Assembly: GCA_965248925.1 (NCBI GenBank)
Contig: CBDFLE010000006.1
Location: 1,216,001 to 1,280,000 of the forward strand
Origin: Candidatus Multivoradales bacterium
GTDB taxonomy: Bacteria > Acidobacteriota > Thermoanaerobaculia > Multivoradales > J023
Direction: 5' to 3'
Length of the DNA: 64,000 bases
The position numbers and the translations under genes are program-made. The notes under the pieces are model-generated. The model was not told the origin of the DNA and did not search any database. It saw nothing but the letters and a program-made list of their open reading frames with translations. This document shows positions 9,196-18,512 of the stretch, one piece after another; the first letter of the stretch is position 1, and the number at the start of each line of letters is the position of its first letter.

Positions 9196-9837
9196 TCAGA
9201 CCCGCCGGCCGAGCCAGTCGAGGACTGTGCGCAAGGCTTCAGGGCGGATCTCGTGCGCCATGGGAAACTCCTGGTAGGTGAGGTCGACCCCGATTTCTTC
9301 GAGCACTGAACGCGATTGGCGCCCCTTGTCGATACCCACCATCTGATCCTCGGTGCCGTGCAGCACCAACACCGGCAGGCTCTTCTGCGCTTCGAGCCGC
9401 GGCAGATTGCTGGCTAGAAGCTCCGGCAACCAGGTCGACAGAGCGACCACCCCGGCCCAAGATTGGGGATCGCGCAAGGCCAAATCGTAAGCCATCAAGC
9501 CACCCTGACTGAAGCCCAGCACCACCGCCCGCCGCGGATCGACCGGATAGTTCAGCCGAGCCGACTCGACGAAGGCTCGCAACGAGGTCGAGGCGCGGCG
9601 GAAAGCCCGCGCATCAGGCGGCTGGCCAGGAACCAAGGGAAACCAACCGTGGCCCACCGCCCCGGGACCAATCGGCACTTCGACCTGCCCTTCCGGGCAG
9701 ATCATCATCCACCCTGCGGGCAAATTCGGGGCCAGGCCGAGCAAGTCGTGGCCGCCGGCACCCCAGCCATGCAAGGCGAAAACGGTTGGAAACGGGCCGT
9801 CGCCGGCCGGCACGTGAACGGTGTGGAGCAACTCCAT
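9196..9837 (-). CDS. Phospholipase/carboxylesterase (alpha/beta hydrolase)
   Basis: LHGWG, GFSQG nucleophile elbow, HGTEDQMV, C-terminal His (MAHEI). Confidence 0.9.
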   Translation of the reverse strand: MELLHTVHVPAGDGPFPTVFALHGWGAGGHDLLGLAPNLPAGWMMICPEGQVEVPIGPGAVGHGWFPLVPGQPPDARAFRRASTSLRAFVESARLNYPVDPRRAVVLGFSQGGLMAYDLALRDPQSWAGVVALSTWLPELLASNLPRLEAQKSLPVLVLHGTEDQMVGIDKGRQSRSVLEEIGVDLTYQEFPMAHEIRPEALRTVLDWLGRRV

Positions 9838-9905
9838 GATCGATGTCCTCGGGGGTTCTTCTCAAGCTGAAAGGTAGCCTGGCCGGCTCAAGATAGCAGA
9901 CCTGC

Positions 9906-11420
9906 TCAGCGCTGCTCGATCGACTCGATGTAGAGCGAGCGAGCGGCCAGCAAATGCGGCGCCATCACCACCCGATCACTCTCCAGCACCACATCAAGGG
10001 CGGCGCCTGGCCGTAGGTCGCGAGGCAAATCGAGCGCGACAGACAGCGACTCGACACCACCGGCCGGCAGCTCGAAAACCCGCCGCTGGGAGTCCTCCGG
10101 CGATGGGATCGAAAGGGTCAGCCGCAGGGGGTAGAGAGCCGCGGCATTGGGCAGCCGCCGCAGTCTCAAGACCAACTGCCGCGCACCCTCCGCCCGCCGC
10201 ACCAAGACGGTCGTAGCCCTCCCCATCAGACCGTCTCGCAGCCCCAGCTGACCCGCGACTTGCGACCGCGAGTCAACTCCAGGACGGTAGCTCTGAGGAA
10301 TTTGCCGCGCGGTCGAACGCCGCAGTTGAACACCGTAACGCTCGGCCCAAGGCCCGGCCGGCGGACGCCGGTGGATGGCCACCTCGGGAGCCGCGGGATC
10401 CCGCAGCTCGGCTGGCAAGGCTGGCCAGCCCAGAACCTCGGCAACCAACCGGTAGACTATCCGGCCGTAGAGCCGATTGGCCTCCGCCGTGCCATGACCC
10501 AGGGGCATGGGATTGCGCCAACGCCCCAGAGTGTGAGACGCCGGCAGCACCGCGTAGGGTGCTTCGATGCCCCCCTGCTCGACCCAATGATGGACCCGTG
10601 GCTCCTGCCAGCGAGCGACGAAGAACAAAGCACTCGGTACTTCTAGACGGTCGAGCCTTTCGACACTGTCGCTCAAGGCTTCGAACACCTGCCACCAGCG
10701 TTGGTCGAAGCGATAGGAATCGAACCGCGAACCGCGATAGGTCACCGAGTGGGGCTCGCCGAATTGATCCGCCAACAAGCCTCCACGCCACGGCGAGCCG
10801 TTGGGCAAGATGGTGGCGGTGGAGTGGTGGTCGTTATCCGTCGGGCAGAAAATCACCGCATCGGGCTGCAAGCGATCCCAGAAAAACCACAAGGCCGCCA
10901 ACTGGTTGAAGGTGTTGTAGCCCGGCAAAGCCAGCGTCCAAGCCTCTATCGGCTGCCGCAAGCCGGCGTGCTGCGCCGCCAACCCCTCGAAGATCTTGGG
11001 AAAGCTGTCGGCCTCCGAGATCCCCATGCCATAAGTCCAGGAATCGCCGACAAACAGCACCCGAAGAGTACCAGCGGCCTTGCTGGCCGGGCCGCTGCGG
11101 AAACCGAGGTCATTGGCGCTAAAGGTGTCTTGCCAGACGGTCAGCTCAGTGTTGGGCTTCAAGGTGTAGCCGATGCGCGGCTCGTAGTAGGCCCAGACAT
11201 GCGCCCCAGGGCTGATGGCGCGCAACTCACCCACCAGCCGCTGACGGTCTTCGGCGGACAGCTCGGCGACATTCGGTGGCCGCCGAGCGGCCCGCCACCA
11301 GCCCCAGCCGCCGAGGGCGCTACCGCTCAGCCCCAGCGCCGCTAGCACCAAGAGCAAGGACACCACGCGCTCGGATACACCACCACCGGCGCCCTCAGAG
11401 GGACTATTGGACACAAACAT
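9906..11420 (-). CDS. Membrane-anchored SGNH/GDSL hydrolase-family protein (start uncertain)
   Basis: N-terminal TM, NDLGFRS, VLFVGDSWTYG, PGYNT. Confidence 0.75.
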   Translation of the reverse strand: MFVSNSPSEGAGGGVSERVVSLLLVLAALGLSGSALGGWGWWRAARRPPNVAELSAEDRQRLVGELRAISPGAHVWAYYEPRIGYTLKPNTELTVWQDTFSANDLGFRSGPASKAAGTLRVLFVGDSWTYGMGISEADSFPKIFEGLAAQHAGLRQPIEAWTLALPGYNTFNQLAALWFFWDRLQPDAVIFCPTDNDHHSTATILPNGSPWRGGLLADQFGEPHSVTYRGSRFDSYRFDQRWWQVFEALSDSVERLDRLEVPSALFFVARWQEPRVHHWVEQGGIEAPYAVLPASHTLGRWRNPMPLGHGTAEANRLYGRIVYRLVAEVLGWPALPAELRDPAAPEVAIHRRPPAGPWAERYGVQLRRSTARQIPQSYRPGVDSRSQVAGQLGLRDGLMGRATTVLVRRAEGARQLVLRLRRLPNAAALYPLRLTLSIPSPEDSQRRVFELPAGGVESLSVALDLPRDLRPGAALDVVLESDRVVMAPHLLAARSLYIESIEQR

Positions 11421-13110
11421 CGACCGCTGGCGGGAAGCCGAAATCTGCTCCCACATTCTGCGCGCAAGTTAGACCCGGGACACACTCCTGATCGCTATCA
11501 CAGTCTCCTTGGCCGGCGGCGCAAGGGCCGCAGTCGGTGCACAACCGCCCATGGCCCAACGGCCAAGGACACGAGGAATCCGGCGCGGTGCAAACGTCGA
11601 TATTGGCGGCAAAGCCGAAATCCGCTCCCACATTCTGGCTACAACCCAGCCCGGCAACACATTGCACGTTGCCATCGCAATCCCCCTCGCCATCAGCGCA
11701 GGGGCCGCAGTCGCGGCAGTATCGAGGGTCACCCAGCGGCCAGGGGCAGCCGCCGCTGTTGTCCGCGCGACACACATCGGTAGCAGCGGTGAAGCCGAAT
11801 TGGGCGCCAATGTTCTGCACACAGCGGGTGCCAGCGGCACACTCGCCATCGTTGTCACAATCGCCTTCGCCGTCGACACAGGGTCCGCACAGCTGACAGA
11901 AGCGCGGGTGGCCCAGCTCGACCGGACAGTCAGCACCTGCAGCCAGCAACCGCAGGATGGTGCCGGCAAAATAGTCGATGACGTAGAGTTCTCCAGCCTG
12001 ATCCTCACCGAAACTGCTGATGCTGAGCCCCGATTGCAACAGCAGTCGTCGCTGCCAAGAGCCGTCTGCCCGGGGAGTCGCTCCCCAGATGCGGCCGCTG
12101 CCGAAGTCACCGAACAAATAAACCCCAGCCAGCGCCGGCTGGGCACTGCCGCGATAGCGATAGCCACCGGTGACCGACAGACCCTCGTCACGGCCGTAGT
12201 CGATGACTGGCCGAACCAAGCTCGGGTCTTCACACCCAGTGCTGGGTTGGAAGCACTCGCCACCCTCCATCAGCCGCCAACCGTAGTTCTCACCGCCGCT
12301 GCTGCTCGCCGGCTGGAAGTCTATTTCTTCGCGGGCGTTCTGACCCACATCACCGATGAACAGATCTCCGGTCTGGCGATCAAAGCTGAACCGCCAAGGG
12401 TTGCGCAAGCCGAAAGCCCACACCTCATCACGCCCTTGAGAGTTGCCGACGAAGGGATTGTCGGCGGGGATGGCGTAGGCCAACCCGGTGGCGGCGCGGT
12501 CGATATCGAGCCGCAGCAAGGTGCCGAGTAGGGTGTTTGGGCGTTGGCCGTTGTTGTTGGGGTCACCGCCCGCGCCGCCGTCTCCCAGACCGAGATAGAG
12601 AAACCCGTCGGGACCGAAGGCCAAATGGCCGCCATTGTGATTAGTAAACGGCTGGCCGACGGTGAGCAGCACCTCGAGAGAACTCAGATCGACCACATCG
12701 GGGTCACTCGACAAGCGCAAACGAGAGACTACCGAGTTGCCATTGAGCCGGGTGTAACTGGCGTAGACCTCGCCATTGGTGGCAAACCTCGGATGGAAGG
12801 CCAAGCCGAGCAGACCCTGCTCGCCGCCACCCCTGGTGAGGTTAGAAATATCGAGAAATGGGGTCGCTCGCGGCGAACCGTCGGCATCGACAATCCGCAC
12901 CACCCCCCCCTGCTCGACCACGAACACCCGCCCCGAGTCGTCACCGGCGTGGGTCAAGAACAGCGGGCTGGAGAAGCCTTGGGCAAATGCATCAGTGCGC
13001 AGAGCCACCTCGGCCAGCTGCGCCGCGGCGGGAGTCATGGCGATCATGATCAGAGAAACCCCCGTCAGGATGCCAGGTAACAGCGGCCGGCGATGCCGAG
13101 AATCACTCAT
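11404..13110 (-). CDS. Secreted PQQ-dependent glucose/sorbosone dehydrogenase family protein with three C-terminal Cys-rich repeats
   Basis: GEQGLLGLAFHP, NHNGGHLAFGPDG, GLRNPWRFSFD, GDVGQNAREEID, SSFGEDQAGELY; ATG at 13110 overlaps the upstream stop (ATGA). Confidence 0.9.
   Translation of the reverse strand: MSDSRHRRPLLPGILTGVSLIMIAMTPAAAQLAEVALRTDAFAQGFSSPLFLTHAGDDSGRVFVVEQGGVVRIVDADGSPRATPFLDISNLTRGGGEQGLLGLAFHPRFATNGEVYASYTRLNGNSVVSRLRLSSDPDVVDLSSLEVLLTVGQPFTNHNGGHLAFGPDGFLYLGLGDGGAGGDPNNNGQRPNTLLGTLLRLDIDRAATGLAYAIPADNPFVGNSQGRDEVWAFGLRNPWRFSFDRQTGDLFIGDVGQNAREEIDFQPASSSGGENYGWRLMEGGECFQPSTGCEDPSLVRPVIDYGRDEGLSVTGGYRYRGSAQPALAGVYLFGDFGSGRIWGATPRADGSWQRRLLLQSGLSISSFGEDQAGELYVIDYFAGTILRLLAAGADCPVELGHPRFCQLCGPCVDGEGDCDNDGECAAGTRCVQNIGAQFGFTAATDVCRADNSGGCPWPLGDPRYCRDCGPCADGEGDCDGNVQCVAGLGCSQNVGADFGFAANIDVCTAPDSSCPWPLGHGRLCTDCGPCAAGQGDCDSDQECVPGLTCAQNVGADFGFPPAVDVCVQ
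11407..11928 (-). repeat. Three ~57-aa Cys-rich protein repeats (CPxxLG..C..CGPC..G[EQ]GDCD....C..G..C.QN.GA.FGF....DVC)
   Basis: Three units align directly in the translation. Confidence 0.9.
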
Positions 13111-13658
13111 CCCTCTACCTCTTCCACCACCAGGCCGGTGGGTAGCCCATCGATGCTGATCTGGTTCTTCTGGCGCTGATAGTCCGCCATCCCCTGCTCC
13201 CCTTTGGCCTCGCAAGAGCGGCGCAGAGTATCGCGCTCCCCCACCCAATCGAACAGCGGCACTCCGAAGCCACACGAGGTCTGCACCGAGTCGACCTCCT
13301 GAACAATGATCTGCCGCACTCCCGGCAGCAGCTCGAAAAGCGCCGCCAGCTCTGCCCAATCAGCGTCGTCGCGCTGTACGGTTCGGCCCTGGCCGTAAAG
13401 CCGCAAGATGTTCGGCTTGCTACCGAAACAGCAGAACATCACCGTCAAGCGGCCATCATCCAGCAGGTGGGCAGCGGTCTCGTTGCCGCTGCCGGTGAAG
13501 TCGAGATAAGCCACCCGATTCGGCGACAGGCAGCGAAAAGTGTCCATCCCTTTGGGCGAAAGACTGATCCGCCCTTGCCGCGGCGCGGTGGCAACGAAGA
13601 ACATCTTCTGCTCGGCGATGAAAGCTTGCAGGCGAAGATCGATCAAATCGAAAAACAT
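13107..13658 (-). CDS. Pyridoxamine 5'-phosphate oxidase-like FMN-binding protein
   Basis: FFVATAP, SPKG, YLDFTGSGNETAAH, RLYGQG, VQTSCGFGVP; start uncertain (13658 or 13676). Confidence 0.88.
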   Translation of the reverse strand: MFFDLIDLRLQAFIAEQKMFFVATAPRQGRISLSPKGMDTFRCLSPNRVAYLDFTGSGNETAAHLLDDGRLTVMFCCFGSKPNILRLYGQGRTVQRDDADWAELAALFELLPGVRQIIVQEVDSVQTSCGFGVPLFDWVGERDTLRRSCEAKGEQGMADYQRQKNQISIDGLPTGLVVEEVEG

Positions 13659-13841
13659 GGCAACCCAGGTCTCCATGCAGCTCACTCGGCACTCGGTGTA
13701 AGCGCGGTGGCTGGCACCGCTAGAGAATACACCCGGCCAGGTGCTCCCCAGAGGGTGCTTTGGACTCAACCTGTCAACAAAGTGTCAGACACCCGGGCAG
13801 GTGTCGGAGTTAGGTGTCCGACAGTGAAGGGTGGCGGCGAC

Positions 13842-14414
13842 TCAAACCGGGATACGTAGAGCCTGGCGTGCCGCTTGCAGCCGCAGGCCGAGCAGCGCTG
13901 AGCCGAGCAGATCACCCGCGCCCTCATACTCTGACTCGGCGAGGGCAATCCCCCAACTAATCGCCGGGTCAATCCACTGACCGCGAATCGATAGAGCCTG
14001 ACCGACGATACCGGCGATGCGACCGGCAGCGACTCGAGCTTGAGGCAGCTCGCCAACGTCATTTAGCGCCAGCGCCAACCGCCCTTGGCGCAATACCGCC
14101 ACGAGATCGCCAGGCCGCGCCGCCAACTCCAGGCGGCGGGCCAGGGCGGACATCAAAGCCGCCGCCGTGCGCCGCCCGAGACGCTGATCGAGGTCTTCGC
14201 TATCGCGCAGCTCAAGCACCAGCAACGCCACCGAAGAACAAGCAGCTGCGCCACCACGCTGCCGACCGTGGCCCGTATTTTGAGCTACACGACGGTCGAG
14301 CAAGGCCAGGAAAGAGCGGGAATTGAGCAGTCCAGTGCTAGAATCGTAACGTCTACGGGGACGTTCGCTAGCCGAAGTAGAGGTCAGGATCGAGGCGCTC
14401 ATGCGGACTGACAC
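13842..14414 (-). CDS. Stand-alone degenerate GGDEF-domain protein
   Basis: YDSSTGLLNSRSF (DxLTGLxN-like), RPGDLVAVLRQGRLAL in place of RxGGDEF, ISWGIA. Confidence 0.65.
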   Translation of the reverse strand: MSVRMSASILTSTSASERPRRRYDSSTGLLNSRSFLALLDRRVAQNTGHGRQRGGAAACSSVALLVLELRDSEDLDQRLGRRTAAALMSALARRLELAARPGDLVAVLRQGRLALALNDVGELPQARVAAGRIAGIVGQALSIRGQWIDPAISWGIALAESEYEGAGDLLGSALLGLRLQAARQALRIPV

Positions 14415-14461
14415 AGCAAGTGCTGTGCCAGCCCACTAGAGCGCTCTCAGCTAACCCACAG

Positions 14462-14536
14462 ATCAGCTAGCACGCTAATCAGCTAGCACGCTAATCAGCT
14501 AGCACGCTAATCAGCTAGCACGCTAATCAGCTAGCA
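14462..14536. repeat. Perfect 16-bp tandem repeat, ATCAGCTAGCACGCTA x4 plus 11 bp
   Basis: Units at 14462, 14478, 14494, 14510 and a partial unit at 14526 that contains the yceI stop codon. Confidence 0.97.
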
Positions 14537-15153
14537 GAGTGTAGGTCGAGCTTGATCAGCACATCGTCGCGGATCAAGTCGTCGGCCATGCCCGGATACT
14601 CGAGGCCAAAGTCGAAACGCTTGATGGCGAACTCGGCGTTGGCGGTGAAACCGCTGTCGCTGAGCTCGATGGTGGCCGGGAAGCTGATCTGCTTGGCAAC
14701 GCCGTGCAGGTCGAGAGTGCCGGTGACCTGATAGGTACCATCTTCGTTGGCGGCAATGCCAGTGGACATGAAGCTGGCGGACTCGAACTGCTCGACATCG
14801 AAGAATTCAGCACTCTTCAGGTGGCCGGTGAGCTTGTCGTTATCAGCCCACAGCGAAGCAGCGCTAATCAGCACTTCGATGGTCGAGCCCTCGATGGTGC
14901 CGTCGGTGGTGATGGTGCCTTCGAACTTCTCGAATCCACCCTCGTGCGAACCGGTGACTTTGGAGCCCACGAAGCCGACCTTCGACTCCGGCGACAGCTG
15001 ATAGACCGTACCCGCCGGCTCAGTCATCGACTCGGTTGCCGCAGGCGGCTCGGAAACCTCGGCTTGGGGAGCATCGGCGGCCGGGTTGGCGCAGCCAACG
15101 GCGAGCAGCAAGGCGAGAGTGGCGAGAAACAAACAAAATTTACTACGACTCAT
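14527..15153 (-). CDS. yceI: YceI-family lipoprotein
   Basis: Lipobox LAVGC, SKVGFVGSK, HLKSAEFFDVEQF, GTLDLHGVAK, RFDFGL. Confidence 0.88.
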   Translation of the reverse strand: MSRSKFCLFLATLALLLAVGCANPAADAPQAEVSEPPAATESMTEPAGTVYQLSPESKVGFVGSKVTGSHEGGFEKFEGTITTDGTIEGSTIEVLISAASLWADNDKLTGHLKSAEFFDVEQFESASFMSTGIAANEDGTYQVTGTLDLHGVAKQISFPATIELSDSGFTANAEFAIKRFDFGLEYPGMADDLIRDDVLIKLDLHSAS

Positions 15154-15289
15154 GGAAAGGTCTCCTCTCCTGAATTTTCTGGAGTACGCCGGCCGATAGC
15201 CAGCTGAGGGTTGAGCGGAATCGCCCTATTCTGGACCGCTGACTCTATCAGCTGATACAGGAATTAGGTCAGCTCCGAACTCAACGCCT

Positions 15290-18200
15290 TCAACGACCCC
15301 GATCGAGCAGGTGATAAACCGCCGGGATCACCAGCAGGGTGAGCAGGGTCGAGGTCAACAAGCCGCCGATCACCACAAAAGCCATCGGCTGACGCAATTC
15401 AGCACCCTCGCCAAGCCCTAGAGCCATCGGCAGTAGACCCAGGGCGGTGGTAGCGGTGGTCATCAAAATGGGCCGCAGCCGGACCTGGCCGGCGCGCCGC
15501 AGGGCCGCCAACTTGGCCATCCCTTCTTGGCGGCGAAAGCGATTGGTGGCGTCAACCAGCAGGATCGCGTTGTTGACCACCAGGCCGGCCAGTAGCACGC
15601 CGCCGATCAACACCACAACCGACAGAGCGACGTCGAACAGCCACAACGTTCCGAGCACACCGACCAACGCCAGCGGCACGCTGAGCAGAATGACAAATGG
15701 GTGCAGCAACGACTCGAACTGCGAAGCCATCACCAAATAGACCAGGAAGATCGCCAGCAGGATGGCCAAGCGCATGCCGGCGAAGGAAGTCTCCATCTCC
15801 TCTCGCTGCCCGCCCATGCGCCAGTCGAAACCGCGCGGCAGATCGAGATCAGCCATCACCTGAGCAATCTCCTCCGCCACCGAGCCCAGGTCGCGGCCCT
15901 GCAGATTAGCGGTGATGATCGCCACCCTTTCACCATCGGCGCGACGGATCTCGGCCGGGCCGACGGTCTCCGCCACCGTCGCCACCGCCGACAGCGGCAG
16001 GGCGGTCTTACCGTCTTGATAGACCACCAGATGCTCGAGATCAGCGGCGCTATTACGATACTCCTCACCGGCGCGTAGGCGGATGTCGATGGTGCGGTCG
16101 GCGCGCTGGATCTCACTGGCCACCTCGCCCTCGATTTTGGCCCGCACTGCAGAGGCCACCTGCCGCAAGCTGAGGCCCAAGGCGGCTAACCGCTGACGAT
16201 CAAAACGCACTTGCAGCTCAGGCCGGCCACCCTCGACCGACGATTCGATGTCGGTCACCCCCTCCATGCCTTGCATTCGCTCGACCAACTCGCCGGCCAA
16301 GCCGGTCAGCAAGTTGAGGTTGAAGCCGCGAATCTCGACCTCAACCGGGGTCTTGAAACTGAAATAGGAAGGGCGGCCAAAACGCTTGTCGAGTTCTTCG
16401 TCCGCCGCCAGCGCAGCTCGCAACTCGGCGATCAGCCGCTCCTCCCGCGGTCGCGAGAAAGGCTTCTGGACCACCACCGAAACCTGCCCGAGATTCTCCC
16501 GTCGATCGGCCGCCGAGCCCCCCTGGTGACTCGAAGCACCGACGATCGAGAACACCGCGGCGACTCCATCTAGCGCCATCGCCTTGCGTTCGGCTTGCGC
16601 CACCCGCCGCCGAGTGACCTCCAAGTGTGTTCCCGGTGGCAGTTCCAGATCGACATAGAACTCCCCCTGCACCAGCTCCGGAACTAGTTCACGGCCGAGC
16701 CGCGGATAAAGGGCCGAGGCGCCGGCCAGCAGCAGCAAGGCCACCCCCACGGTCAACCAAGGATGGGCCAGCACGCCGCCCAGCAGTTTGTCGTAGGCGC
16801 GCGCCAGCATCGCCAAGCCGCTTTGGAAGAGTCGCGCCGGCCCATCGGTCAGCCGCGCCACCACCCAAGCCACGACCCGCGCTAGACCCTTCAGCAAGCG
16901 GACCAGCAGCAACGCCGGCTTGGCCAGTAGACGGCCGAGCAGCCCCGGCGGCTCCTCGGCGTCTTGCGCGACGTGCTCAGCGCCGCGGGCGCGGCGTGAA
17001 GCCAGCATCGGGATCACCGTCAGCGCCACCAACAATGAGACCCCCAAGGAGAAGGTAACGGTCAATGCCTGATCGGCGAAAAGCTGCGCCGCCACTCCGT
17101 CGACAAAAACAATCGGCAGGAAAACGCAGATCGAAGTCAGAGTCGACGCGATGATCGCCGTCGCCACTTCCGAAGCTCCCTGGCGAGCTGCCTCGGCATC
17201 GTCGGGTGTGCCGGCGGCGGCCAGGCGGTCACGGCGACGCTGAATCGCCTCCAGCACAACGATGGCGTTGTCCACCAACAGACCGATGCCCAAGGTCAGG
17301 CCGCCGAGAGACATGATGTTGAGCGACACTCCGGCGACATACATCAAGAAGAACGTCGCCACCACAGAAATCGGTATAGACACGCCGATCACCAGCGTCG
17401 TCTTCCAGCTGCGCAGGAAGAGAAACAACATCAAGATGGCCAAGGCGCCGCCCACCATCGCGGTTTGCAATACCTGGCTAACCGAGCTGCGGATGTAGCG
17501 CGCTTGATCGGTGAGCACGGTCATGCGCAAGCGCGGATCGATCTTCTCCAGCTGATCACTGAGGGTCGCCAAGCGGTCGCGCACCGCTTCGGACACCCGC
17601 ACGGTGTTGCTGCCGCCGGCCTTGTAGACCGCTATTTCGACACTCTCCCGACCGCCGATGGTGGTGATCACATCGCGCTCACGGTGGCCCCGGCGCACCG
17701 CAGCAACATCGGCCAAACGCACCACCGCGCCACCGCGAGTGTCGAGCACCAGCTGTTCAAGATCTTCGGCGCGGAGGATCTCGTTGAGGGTGCGCACCAT
17801 GTATTCAGTCTGGCCGTCGCGCAGGCGACCACCGGTGAGATTGACGTTCTCATCCGCCACCCGGCGGATCACTTGCTCAATACTGAGCCCGAGATTGGCC
17901 ATCTGGCGCTCGTCGAGCGCGACTTGCAGCTCTTCCTCGAGACCCCCTTGCACCTGTGCCGCCGCCACCCCCTCGATGCGCTCTAGCACCCGCTGGACCT
18001 TCTCCTCGGCCACCCGTCGTAGGCGCACCAGATCGTCGTCGCCCGACAAACCGATGCGCAGGATCGGATCCAAAGAGGGGTCATAACGCAGCAGAACCGA
18101 GGGGCCAGCCTCATCGGGCAACTGCAAGCGGTCGAGGCGCTCACGCACATCGAGGGCCGCCAGGTCCATCGCCGTGCCCCAACTGAATTCGAGGGTCACC

Positions 18201-18469
18201 TCGCTGAGTTCGGCGCGCGAACTCGACGACACCCGCAGCAAATTATTGACCACCCCGACCGCGCCCTCGATCGGTCGTGACAACAAGCTCTCGACCTCCA
18301 CCGGCGCCGCGCCGGGAAGCTCGGTGCGCAGGGTCAGCGACGGATAGGTGATGTCGGGCAGCAGGTCGGTGGGCAGGCGGCTAAAAGCCACCCAGCCGAA
18401 CACCACCGCCGCCAACGCACAGATGAAGACGGTCACCGGACGGCGAGTAGAGGTTTCGATCAGGCGCAT
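15290..18469 (-). CDS. RND efflux permease (AcrB/AcrD/AcrF family)
   Basis: RRPVT, LLPDITYP, GLLVDNAIVVLE, RLRPILMTT; alternative start at 18526. Confidence 0.95.
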   Translation of the reverse strand: MRLIETSTRRPVTVFICALAAVVFGWVAFSRLPTDLLPDITYPSLTLRTELPGAAPVEVESLLSRPIEGAVGVVNNLLRVSSSSRAELSEVTLEFSWGTAMDLAALDVRERLDRLQLPDEAGPSVLLRYDPSLDPILRIGLSGDDDLVRLRRVAEEKVQRVLERIEGVAAAQVQGGLEEELQVALDERQMANLGLSIEQVIRRVADENVNLTGGRLRDGQTEYMVRTLNEILRAEDLEQLVLDTRGGAVVRLADVAAVRRGHRERDVITTIGGRESVEIAVYKAGGSNTVRVSEAVRDRLATLSDQLEKIDPRLRMTVLTDQARYIRSSVSQVLQTAMVGGALAILMLFLFLRSWKTTLVIGVSIPISVVATFFLMYVAGVSLNIMSLGGLTLGIGLLVDNAIVVLEAIQRRRDRLAAAGTPDDAEAARQGASEVATAIIASTLTSICVFLPIVFVDGVAAQLFADQALTVTFSLGVSLLVALTVIPMLASRRARGAEHVAQDAEEPPGLLGRLLAKPALLLVRLLKGLARVVAWVVARLTDGPARLFQSGLAMLARAYDKLLGGVLAHPWLTVGVALLLLAGASALYPRLGRELVPELVQGEFYVDLELPPGTHLEVTRRRVAQAERKAMALDGVAAVFSIVGASSHQGGSAADRRENLGQVSVVVQKPFSRPREERLIAELRAALAADEELDKRFGRPSYFSFKTPVEVEIRGFNLNLLTGLAGELVERMQGMEGVTDIESSVEGGRPELQVRFDRQRLAALGLSLRQVASAVRAKIEGEVASEIQRADRTIDIRLRAGEEYRNSAADLEHLVVYQDGKTALPLSAVATVAETVGPAEIRRADGERVAIITANLQGRDLGSVAEEIAQVMADLDLPRGFDWRMGGQREEMETSFAGMRLAILLAIFLVYLVMASQFESLLHPFVILLSVPLALVGVLGTLWLFDVALSVVVLIGGVLLAGLVVNNAILLVDATNRFRRQEGMAKLAALRRAGQVRLRPILMTTATTALGLLPMALGLGEGAELRQPMAFVVIGGLLTSTLLTLLVIPAVYHLLDRGR

Positions 18470-18512
18470 GGCGAGCTGCTTCGACAGTTGGGAAAAAAGA
18501 TCGGAGACGGAC

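Noticed and set aside
14462-14536. CRISPR array
   Set aside because: The repeats are contiguous 16-mers with no spacers, and there are no cas genes in the window.
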